A DNA stretch of 64,000 nt from assembly GCA_904063045.1 (NCBI GenBank), contig CAJFCJ010000001.1, positions 372,001-436,000 on the forward strand. The letters run 5' to 3'. Source of the stretch: Dimorphilus gyrociliatus (Eukaryota > Animalia > Annelida). Below the pieces are notes generated by a model. The model had not been told where the DNA came from and did no database searches. It worked only from the letters and a program-made list of their open reading frames with translations. Below, piece after piece: positions 53,069 to 64,000 of this stretch. The position numbers and the translations under genes are program-made. Each line of letters starts with the position of its first letter. The stretch's first letter is position 1.

Positions 53069-53560
53069 AAAATAGGTAATAGAAGAAGAAAGAGAGAAAA
53101 ACTAAATAATCATTCAACCGAAGTAGGACTAGTTGTAAAAGTTGTAAAAATAATAATAAAAAAACGGATAATTAGTAATCGGAAAAAAATATACAACAGG
53201 CGGTTTCTCTCTATTTAAGCAACAAAAAAACAAAATCTCATATTTTTTAATCTGTATTGGTATACTCATTTTTTCTGTTTATTTCGCCAAGAAAAGAAAA
53301 AAAATATCACGCTGGGAAAAAATTAGTCGCGCGTTTTTACGGAATCTATAAATATATATATATATAAAAAAATTATGTATTTAAAAAAAAGAAATGAAGG
53401 AAAGAAACAGAAGGAAAAAACTTTTTTTTTTTCTTTTCTTAATAACTTCGTAATCTCTTTTTTTCTGGTTTGTTTTTTAAAAAAAAAACACGGCTGTATA
53501 TGAACGTTGTATGTACATATGGAATTGAAAACAATTTTTTTTTGGCGTTTGTAAATAGTA

Positions 53561-53563
<3 letters not shown>

Positions 53564-53606
<43 letters not shown>

Positions 53607-53632
53607 ATATGCAGTATATATATATATATATA
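53564..53632. repeat. Compound (TA)n/(TG)n microsatellite downstream of robo
   Basis: Directly visible. Confidence 0.85.
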
Positions 53633-56600
53633 AGGTATATATTTATAATATTAATAAGTCTAAAAGAAATTGTGCGTAGCTTTCATATAACAAAAAAAAA
53701 AAAAGAAGAAAGTCGGATTTATATTGGTGCACCGCTTTTTTTTAGTCAAAAATTTGTCCAATTGTTTCTATTCTAAGTTCTTTTTTTTTGTAAGAAAAAG
53801 TATTGACTAAATGCATATACAGTTTAAATCTCTTAATCTATTTTAAAAAATACTTTCTTATATGATGGAAAAAAATTAAGGCATGCTTAAAAGAAATTTT
53901 ACATTATATTGTATGTTTTACTCTTTCTTTTTTTTGAAAAATATGTTGACGAAATATTATTTTACCTGTTTCAATAATACACTTGTAAAAAATACAAAAA
54001 AATATAAAAATAATAAAATTATCATGGTAAAAATAGAAAATCTTGTATTTTTGGTTCTAATTTGTGTAAATATTTACGGATTTTTTTCAGTTCAATATGG
54101 CGTATTGCAGTAGGTGCATTAATAATATTTTCTTTCGTCTACCAAATGGCTCATTATGCTAAGAGCGACGGTGTACAAACCCTCTTTTCTTTTTCCTGTC
54201 TTTACAATAGTTTCTTTTTTGAGAATGGACATTCGTTTCCAGTACTAATGACTTTGACTATAAGGCTAAAAAGTGCATCCCTTTCTCTTGGCTGCATCTT
54301 TTTTTTCATATCGGTATTGCAGTGTAAAAATTCCATGCATTCCTTACCGTTTCCTTCATTATCCCCAATGTAATCTTTAGGAAAGTTCAGATGGAGAAAT
54401 CTCATGGGACCAAGAAATATTCTTGGGCTGTAGGAATATATGTAACGAACTACCGTTTCAACATCCGTTCAGGACGAAACGCCGCGACCGCCCCTTCCTT
54501 AGTATTCCCTTGTGAATATCTCCGTCTATTGTTTTCGAATTATTTCCAGTCGACGGTTTCCATTATAGGGAATCTGGATAACGCTGGTAGAGACAAAGAG
54601 GCAAGAAATACACGTACGATACATTTGGCCATTCCCACGTTCGAACATGCATTTTGTAGAAGGAATCTTTCAAAAGTAATACAAAACCAGTTTTGTCCGG
54701 GGTATAAATATATTAAGTCTAATAATCTCTTTATTGTCTTGCTTCGAGTAGTCTGTAACCCACTTTTTTATTTCTAATTCAACATTCTCCTCATCCTTTC
54801 CTCTCCACGGAATGACTCTATTTTATCCAATTTCTGTACTAGACAAAATTTTATTTCAGAATTGTAAGGACAACGAGATTCTCTTTCGAAATTGATTGAC
54901 TATACGAAGGAGAGGAAGGGTATTTGACAGAGACGCTTCCGGAGGCGCCTTTACCAACTTTTCTTCGTTTTTATTCAAAATTTCGCTTATAGAAATATTC
55001 GCATCTTCTCTTCAATACACTTACTAAGCGAACAAGAATGCACCAAGAGAATTTAATGTGCTACATTTATAAATTACTCATCGCTATACTTTAATTAAAA
55101 CTCTTTTTTCTTTAATTAAGACAATACCATTTTCTATATCGCTATCTATCTAATCGGTATATCTAAGTAAATTGATTCGAAGGAAGAAACCCCTGCCGAC
55201 TTAGCATTGAAAGATGGATTGCACACACGCACTCTTTCGTTTTTTTTTTAACTTTCTCTTTATCCTTTAGCTCTTTCCCTCTCTCTCACTCAGTGTTTTT
55301 GCTCTTTCTGTACGCTCAATCCATTTAATTAATTGCAATTAAAGAATATAAAATATTTAATGAATTTAAAGGTCGTAAAAGACATCTTTGAGAACTATTA
55401 AGTCTATCTAGTTTTTACAACAAAAGATTGTAATTCTATTAATGTTTGTTTCCCTTTATTAAACCAATCTGCTTTTCGGTTGTTTCCCTTCTTTATTTGT
55501 AAAATAAACTAATGGAAAAATTTACGAAATGATCATTAAATAAAAGGGTTCAGTTCCCATTGTAATTAAAAATCCTACCTGAAAGTTTATTTGTTAGTTC
55601 GGCCTTTTGTTACATATCTTAATATTTATTTATTTTAGATAAATTGAAAATATAGTTACGAATCTGTCGTATAGATGGCACCACAGAGTAGCGTATGTAT
55701 GCTAGTGAGCAAATAAAAAAGAAAAAGAACTCAATAAGCTCGCTAATTTTGATATCGAGTCACCATTTCCGGTGGATATATATTGTATTATAATGAAATA
55801 ATGAAATGAATAAAGAGTTGACTTTTTTTCCTTTTTGATTCGTATAAATTAAAAATCTAGGTAGAGTTTATGAACAATTGGTATATACTGTCTAATAAAT
55901 TGTTTTACGCTGTTTTAGACTTCAAAACGTATATACGAATGAAGACAAAATTGGAGAAATTATTCTTCGATAAATCATTTCTAGGAAGAATTTTCTTTTT
56001 TTAGATAGCACTCAAAGTGATGATGATTCATCTCAGGAACAAAATCCCAACTCGATTTTAGTTCATTTAGCTCGAGGTTCAATTCTAAATATCAGCTATA
56101 ATGAAATATGTTCTAAAAATAGAATGCAAGTCTTGTATTTAATTTATTTCAATTGAGATATAAGTTAATTATTATAGTAAGCTTTTAAAAATTAACAGAC
56201 TTTTCTCTCTGTATCTTTAATAATTAAAACAAGGAGAAAAAGAGAATTTTCCCTAATTACATTGTATTTAGAAATGTAGTATTGAAATTTTATAAGATAC
56301 TTACTACCTGTACAAGTTGCATCTATTGTTACTAGATAATTAAGGTAAAATTGGAAACAATCTTGATCTTTCCTTTGATGTTTCCAACTACGTTATATCC
56401 GTTAAATATGTAATATTTTAAGCTTTAATAATTTTATTAATTATTCTTATCTTTAATATCTACAATCTTGACCTTTCGTAAGCAAATAATATTAATTAAT
56501 AATCATTATTATAATTAATAATAATCTGCGTCTAGATTTCTCTTTTAACATTCATTATATTTTTCACAATTCCAGTTGTTCAATAGTTTGCTCTTTAGTT

Positions 56601-58405
56601 TGAGTATTTACTGTACTCTTATTGATAATAGGGATAGTTTAAGATATATAATTTGACTATTAAACATTAGCTTTTATTCTTAAAAACTTTAATTATTAAC
56701 TAAATATTCCATTGCAATATTAATAGAACTACTAAAACGCTATTAATGACAATTTCAAAATAATTATTACCATAGAGATTGAATCAACTTAGAAATTCAT
56801 CTTCATATCTGTTAGATGCTCTTTCGCCATCTATCGAATATAAACTCGTTCACTCTGTTTTAAAAGACAAATATGAAAATTTCATTTCATTAGGACTGAA
56901 AGATAATGTCAAACTTTTAATTTCTTATAAGCGAGATGTTAATATTTATATCTATGTCTGCTTTGAGGGAAGAAGATTACCTGACAGGAATCCGATATGT
57001 ATTAATCATACACCAGAAAGGAATAGCGCTGCAATAAAATAAAGATGGTGCCACCTGAATGGCTGCTATTTCAACATAATACTTTCATTAGTGAAAAAAA
57101 TCCCGTACAATAGCAGTCTATGCACTTTTATATAGGTTCATATAGTCTAATATGCAATATTCTCAACACTTTACAGTATACCTTAGATAATAGTTGGATA
57201 ATAGTTTTCTGTAGAGATTCAGAATAAAATCTCTTGCTGTATTAGAAATTCGCTATCTTACATAACTCTGGTATTTACTAATAGCTACTTTAATCAAGTA
57301 TTTCTCCTATGTATTCTATTAATATTTCTTAAAATTTACTCATCTATCTCGCCTAATTCAATAGCAAGAACTTGATCTTATACATGATTCTAAATTCGTG
57401 ACAATAATTCAAAAGCATTGAATATAGATTTTCCGCACTAGTTTCCCATTTTTTTTAAAATAAATATTGCTCCAGATGGTTTTTGGCAGTCACGAATAGC
57501 AGAGACAAACTATGCTAAAGAATCAATAACTCCTCGTACAACTTAACATCGAAATTGAGAATCAGAGAAAAAATCCAACGCGCTTTTTTTTTCCCAATCT
57601 ATTATTTGTAGAATATCCTTTCCATATTTAAAAGATGAAAGAAAATCTCCATTACCAAATATAGCAATATCTAGTAAAATGTTTTTTTTGTTTTTTTGTA
57701 TTCATTCACATCTATTCTCGTAATAGTATTATTATACAATGACATTTTATAACCATTCAACTATTTGCAGAGTTGTAAACGATTACAGTTTAATATGAAG
57801 AAAATAGTGGAAAGAATACAGTAATTTGTACCAAATACTCTTCTATTTTAAGATGATAAAACAACTGGAATGTCATATAAACAGACTCGAAATGATGAAT
57901 TAAGACAATATTTTATTTATAACGTTAATTGAAAAAATCGAAAATTAACTTACATAAAAGATTTAGTTTATTTACAAGTCTATTTTCTATTTGTCTGTCT
58001 TTTTTCCTGTATATCTTAAACTCTATTTTCATGTTCTCTTTTAAGAAACAACCTTGAAACACTTTTACACTTTACCTGTAAATAAAGTTATATATTTTAT
58101 TATCTAGGTTACTTAAATACATCAATAATATATATAGGCTGTATAGCAAATAAAGAATATTTTCCAGATTGATATCTGATATTCAAAAAACTGGACCAAA
58201 GAGAAACATCAATTTTTTTCTCAGTTTTTTCAATTGTTTACATTAGTTTTATGTTTAGAGTTCCATTCAATAAAAGATAGTTAAATAAACATTCCGTTTG
58301 GTTGTTTTTTTTTAAAAAAAAATAATAACAATAATAATAACTTTTACATTGTTTAAGCATAATTGTATTTAAAGGGTTAAAGTATTAATTAGTTTGAAAA
58401 CCTAA

Positions 58406-58415
58406 AGATGGCGCT
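58406..58415 (+). promoter_or_regulatory. CTCF/YY1-like motif AAGATGGCGCT, intergenic (robo-PRDM13)
   Basis: 10/11 match to the recurrent motif; also fits the YY1 core AAGATGGCG. Confidence 0.35.
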
Positions 58416-61279
58416 GTTTAGAGAAAGGTGTTAACTCTCATTTTTATGCCGAAGAAAAGAGTTTGTACGCATGACTGAGAAAGCTGTTGAGCGAATTGAA
58501 AATATTGCATATATATAGAAGTTTGCGATATTATACTCAAGATATACTTACGAATAAATAGTCATTGTAGGACAAATTATATCTAAATTAAAGACGTATT
58601 AAATTTATTCAGATATTCATCAGGAAAAGGGTCAGGTTCATACATAAATACTTGAACGGAAAATAGAGATATAAATACCTTTTAATCCCTTAGTAAATAG
58701 GAGAAAGAAGACGGAAAAATAACCAAAACCGAAAGAAAAAAATAAAGCAGCGAAATGATGAAAATTTCTAAATAAAATGTTACTATGGTGTTGTAAATAA
58801 TGATATTAATATGTAAATAGCGTACCAGGAGCATTTTATTTTATATTATTAATCTAAAATATAAAAATTAATGGAATATGAAAAGTTGCGTAATAATCTC
58901 TGATATCTTTCACACCACAATATTAATAACCTTTTATCAAGAACAAAAGTTCTTTTTTTATTAAAATCTAAATTTATTATCATCCCCAGCAACATATTGT
59001 ACATAATAAGCAATCATGTATACATAAACGCCCCCTCTGAAATAATATAAATATAATATATTACTTTGCAGTACAAAGAACAGCTTGCTAAAGTTTGTAA
59101 AAGTGTTTTTTTTTTATATAAAGTATTTAAACATATATTTTATTATTATTTCTATACAAAAGAAAAATACTGTTATCTATACAATTAACTGTAGGTGCTA
59201 AACTGGTATATTAAACGGTTTTAACATCCACTCAAGTGGACAAAAGTTGCTCATCGATAAAAGAAGACCGCCTTTAAAGGAAATTATATTCAACAAATTG
59301 AATATCTCTCTTTCTCTCTCTCTCTCTCTCTTTTACTCTTTCTATTTAAAAGTTTAAAAAGAATGCAAGTAAGTAAGTGTAGTTTTACTGGGAATTTTAT
59401 TGATTATTCTTTACCTACTTTTTTTTTATTTGTATTTATAAAACTATTTCTATAAATATTGAATTTTTTCTCTCTCATCGTTCTGTTTTTATAATGTGTT
59501 TCTTTCCCTCTATTTCTCTCTTTCTCTTTCTCTTTCTCTTTAAAGCGTTCTGTTTTCTCTCTTTCCTATTTTATTTTGTTTAGTAAAAGTTGAAATAAAA
59601 GTAAATTACCAATACGATATTAATTATGGTAATAAAACTTGTGTTTTTTATGGTGTTGAGGGCATCGTTAAATTTTATAATACCGGAACGGCTTCCAATT
59701 TTCAATTAGAAAGTGTTTTCTTTCTTGTACTCCTCAAGTTAGAGAATAAAGGAAAGAAAGTTAAAGAAAATATCGCAATAATGATAAGGTGAAGAAAAAT
59801 ACAAATAGCCTGATATGAAAAATAAATATGGCTCAATTTAATTATTTTCCTTTCTAATAATCTAACGACTTTTTGAACAAGTTCTCATATGAATAGCAAA
59901 GCGTACTCATTGCGTATAAATATAGTCGGAAGAATGGGCCGAAGGCGATAAAAAAGCCGTTAAAAGGAAGAAAATCACCGCATGGGTCTGTCTTAAAAAA
60001 CTCAACCAAAATCAACCAAGAATAGATAATAACGTCGGGCGCTGATTAGAGCGTATTCGTTCGCTCAAATGCCCAAATCGGCCGTTCAAGCATTTCTTGT
60101 TCAAAGAAGCAGAAAGAGATCGCTCCAAGCGCTACGATGCAGGTGTGAATGGTCAAACACGACCATTTAATGGCACGCATGAACATATGTACAGTCACAC
60201 AGTCGACGACAACAATAACAACAATAAAAACGACGTTACATTAATTGTGTCCAACCGTCCTCTCTCGTTAACGACGACCCTTCTTTTTTACGCAAAATTT
60301 GACTATCTAAAATTGATCGAATTGTTAAATGAAGTAGATCAAAAGGGCGGAGGTGTTAGCGAACAAATGGAAGGATGGTAGACTTTCCTTTTTCGGCTTC
60401 TCTATTATTTCCTTCGATTTAGTCCATTTCCTGCTACTGTCGATCCGTGTAAACATGCACGTGCGCAATTAAATTATACATGCATAAACGTAGACAAAAA
60501 AAAAAACAAATGAAAAAAGTCTAAATATCATAGTAGATGAATCTAGTACTTGTAACTTGTGTTCCTCCTTCCAGCTGACGTCAGCCAGCAGGGAAAAAAA
60601 TTATATTCTTCGATACCGCATACGATAATACTTAATTTAAAAGGGAACTACGGGTCGTGAAAGCGTACACAGGTGATGTCACATCAAAGAGGAAACGTTC
60701 TGCTAAAAAGCTGCGTTACAGGTGCGCAAACTAATGCAAAGTCACGTCGAAACTGGAAAATTTGCTGTGTGCGGTTCTTTCAACTGCACAAACAATATCG
60801 ATTTGGGCAGATGACGAACGTCGGCAGTGAAAATGTAAACTTCAATTTTTTTTTCATCATGGGCGGTTTTTATTTTTAGGGAAAAGAAATAATATAAGCT
60901 CAAGGTGTCAGCAATTATAATCAGCGGGGCTTGGTTAAAACACACCTGTACCTGTGTCTACAGCAACACATCAAACGCGGCAGGGATCGTCAAAGCTTTG
61001 TTACCGTCATGCTGCCAAAATATATATACTGACTTCGAAATCAGGTTATTACTTTTACACCGGTCTAGAATTTAAAAACAACAATATTATTCAACATCTT
61101 CCTGCCTCTTGCTACGTTAAATCGTATAAGTAAACAGACCGACACGAGAAGATGATTACGAACGCTAATCGACATATTGTGCTCACGTTTCTCTCAAATA
61201 CACTCGAGCGGTCAACGTTTATTTAGCCATTCTCCCCGTGTACAATACTTTTTTTACGAAATCCTTAAAACTTGAAACT

Positions 61280-61315
61280 CCGCCCCCATGCATCACGTGA
61301 CTTTTTTTGTCCAAT
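61280..61315 (+). promoter_or_regulatory. PRDM13 proximal promoter: GC box, TCACGTGAC E-box and CCAAT box
   Basis: CCGCCCCC 61280-61287, CACGTG 61294-61299 and CCAAT 61311-61315, about 90-120 bp upstream of the ATG. Confidence 0.55.
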
Positions 61316-61401
61316 CAGCGGACGAAGTGGGGGGAGCGAAGTGCCGTTTAGTTTTGCATTAAAATTTTAATGATTTGCACCTGGTCAACGTAGTCGAAGA
61401 T

Positions 61402-63697
61402 ATGAAGGCGAGAGAAGCTAGTCAGAGTTTCCATGCAGAAAGGAAAAAAGGAGTGAGAACTTTGGTACCAATTCCAATCGGCTGTGTTCTTGGACTGATA
61501 ACTGAAGATATAGAAATAGGTCAAAACCTCACAGACGCAAAATTGGTTGAACCAAAACTTAAGGTAAACTTTAAAATACTTAAACTCGTTTTTTTTGTTA
61601 TTTATATATAAAGTAACCTAAGAATCTTGGCACGCAATATTTTTATTGTGTATATTATAAATTAAAGTTACGCCTTGCGTGTTTTCTCTTTCTAATGCAA
61701 TTACAAAATGTGACAACCCGCACGACTCGTAGAGACGAAAAACTGTTTTGCAGACAATAAGTGTCGCTTTTTTTAACAATTATAACTTTATATTATTGAC
61801 ATCATTGAACTACAACAATAGAAAGCAAAAAAAAAGTATCTCTAAAAAAAACAATACGATGATTTTTGCGTTTTGTTTCTTTCCTAAACTTTTCCGAAAG
61901 TCTTTTTCAACAACATTTAACATCTGCTACATTTGACAAGTTGATGACCAGCATCGCCTACATCCCGATCATCCATTGTACAGGTAGATTAATTTGTGTA
62001 TTGCCTAATATCCGTAACGCTCCTGCTACTTTTTTAATACGGGCTATTTCAATTAAATTTAGAAGAGCTTTTGTTAATGAGAAAGGAAAGTGAAAAGGTA
62101 TATATCCCATGATAATCCAGGCTATTGTTAATTGTATGGAAATTTTCTTTCTCTTTTTATACAAATATCCTAAAGACGCATTTAAACAATACGTATACAT
62201 TATAAGTGTGTGTATGTATAGTTAATTTCCGTAGAAGAACGCCGTCGGCCACGTGCGTTATAGCTGGTGTGTCTCGAGTCAACAAAACGCCGTTCGTATT
62301 TATTGGTTTTATTCATTGCCTAATTCTAAAGCGATTTTCCTACATGTTTACCCGGCTATTCGTTGTGGGTGTTCATACAATTTTTACACGCAAACAAATT
62401 TTTATAGACGTACCAAGGACGTACGTGTATGTTTATAATCTGCCGTCTACGCCCCCATCTCATCTTTCATATTAAATTCAAATAAAGATAATTTCGCTAA
62501 ACTATCATTTTCCCTTTATCATAATAGCTAAAGGCTTCGTACGATGGTCAGCTAACTTGTTCGGAAGATGGATGGCTGGAAGAAATTCGACCTGCCAGAA
62601 ATAGGCACGAACAGAATGTTGAAGCAGTGAGAGGGGAAAAGAGAAAGCTAGTATTACGAACCATCAGGTCAATTCATTGCGGACAGGAAATCTTCGTTTG
62701 GTATGGTGAAGAGCTAGGAAGAGAAATGAATATTCCTATTTTATCCCCAGCTAATATCAAAGGTAAGATATTTCTTTCTAATTGTTTCATAGAGAATTTA
62801 GACAAAGTCTATTCCGTTTTAAGATTTTTTTTATTATTATTTAAAAAAAAACATTTACTCTACTTTGTTTAATTAGGCTCAAATGACTATCGATGTTCAT
62901 CTTGCTCAGCCTCTTTTCAACACCCAAATGTCCTGAAGGCTCACATTCGATTTAAGTGTTCCAGCAATCTGGGAAGCTTACTTGGGGGTTCAGACGAACC
63001 TTTGAATTTATCAAAGAGAACCTCTATTCAGCAGCAGCAACATCAACCTATTCAAATATTTAATCATATTCATGCACCCGCCTTTGCTTTACCAGCCGCA
63101 CTGCTCTACCCGACATTGTATCCTACGTCAACTCCATTCTATCCTCAATTTCTTACTTCTGGACCGTCTCCGCCTGCTCCTCAAGTAAAAAATGAGCCAA
63201 ATACCGAAACGCACCTGCCACCCACCTTCCCCTTACCAAGCGAGAAGGATGGCGAACCTATCGACCTTCTACCGCGTTCCCTTTACATGAACAAGTCGAA
63301 TAAGGGTCACCTGTGTATATACTGCGGAAAGTTGTACTCGCGCAAGTACGGACTCAAGATCCACTTGCGCACGCACACCGGATACAAGCCGCTTAAATGT
63401 AAGATTTGCCTTCGACCGTTCGGAGATCCGAGCAATCTCAATAAACACATAAGGCTACACGCTGAGGGCGATACGCCCTACCGTTGTCATTTATGTGGAA
63501 AGGTTCTAGTCCGAAGAAGAGATTTAGATAGGCATATAAGGTCAAGGCATCCAGTAGATTCAACAAAAAATCACTCAGATAGCCTCCCACCAGAAGAAGA
63601 GGAAGAAGAGGAAATGGAAGAATTAGAAGCTATTGAAGGAGAGTTGAGTGACGGAGGTGTTGCTGATGATGAGGAAGAAATCGAAGTTGTTGTTTGA
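61402..63697 (+). CDS. PRDM13: PR-domain zinc finger protein 13, 403 aa
   Basis: join(61402..61563,62534..62762,62877..63697); 1212 nt. PR domain (W.EEIRPARN..EQN.EA...GQEIFVWY), single finger C..C...FQHPNVLKAHIRFKC, and the PRDM13-type triple finger GHLCIYCGKLYSRKYGLKIHLRTHTGYKPLKCK.CLRPFGDPSNLNKHIRLHAEG.TPYRC..CGKVLVRRRDL.RH..SRHP. An alternative in-frame acceptor at 62528 is possible. Confidence 0.95.
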
Positions 63698-63730
63698 GCA
63701 ACAGCTGCAATTACTTTTCAATCTGCCGCC

Positions 63731-63736
63731 AATAAA
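63731..63736 (+). terminator. Candidate polyadenylation signal AATAAA for PRDM13
   Basis: AATAAA about 35 nt after the stop codon; a second copy lies about 17 nt further on. Confidence 0.35.
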
Positions 63737-64000
63737 AAGCGGTCATAATAAAGATGTACGATGACGTATAGCGGTTGTTTTTACCGCTTCTGTCAAAATC
63801 CCCTAACAAGGGACTCTGTCTGTCGATACATGTGGGCGTGGCTAAATAAAAAGAATTTAATCCTCCTATTTATTTACGCCTTTATCAGCGTCCACTTGAC
63901 GGCGTAATGACGTCACTAACCCGGCAGCTGCCCGCCTCTCACGATTAATTCGCCATCGATACGTGATCTCGTTTTATACGTAAATATAGGAAAAAAAGTT

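Noticed and set aside
61938-61982. Possible extra PRDM13 exon ending TACAG|GTAGAT
   Set aside because: The length and phase do not preserve the 0/0 frame, and the PR domain is continuous without it.
1-64000. tRNA, rRNA, snRNA, conserved bilaterian miRNA, CRISPR array or intact transposon
   Set aside because: None recognised by eye, and there is no RT, DDE or TIR evidence. tRNAscan-SE, Infernal/Rfam and RepeatModeler would be needed to exclude diverged copies.

Overview
Eukaryotic (metazoan) genomic DNA: AT-rich, with many short GT-AG introns of about 58-90 nt. It looks like a compact-genome invertebrate, possibly a spiralian such as a small annelid, but the taxon cannot be fixed from the sequence alone. 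I found no rRNA, tRNA, CRISPR array or intact transposon. Manually spliced, frame-checked gene models from left to right: 3' part of a CEP72/LRRC36-like gene (+); a 620-aa protein with five TTF-type zinc fingers (+); headcase (-); a 344-aa orphan (-); MIOX (-); a 97-aa Cys-rich gene missed by the ORF track (-); an alpha7-like nicotinic acetylcholine receptor (+); a TRH-receptor-type GPCR (+); a full-length Robo (+); PRDM13 (+). Main result: the nAChR has three tandem 87-nt paralogous exons that each encode the pore-lining M2 helix and M2-M3 loop, with different gate and ring residues. GC-rich islands in the flanking AT-rich introns can form four mutually competing RNA duplexes, which could select one pore exon at a time. 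Robo also needs exactly one of two non-homologous cytoplasmic exons to stay in frame, and its Ig1 (Slit-binding) domain is divergent. CTCF-like motifs are strongly over-represented near gene starts. All splicing and pairing models come from reading the sequence by eye and need RNA-seq and folding confirmation.
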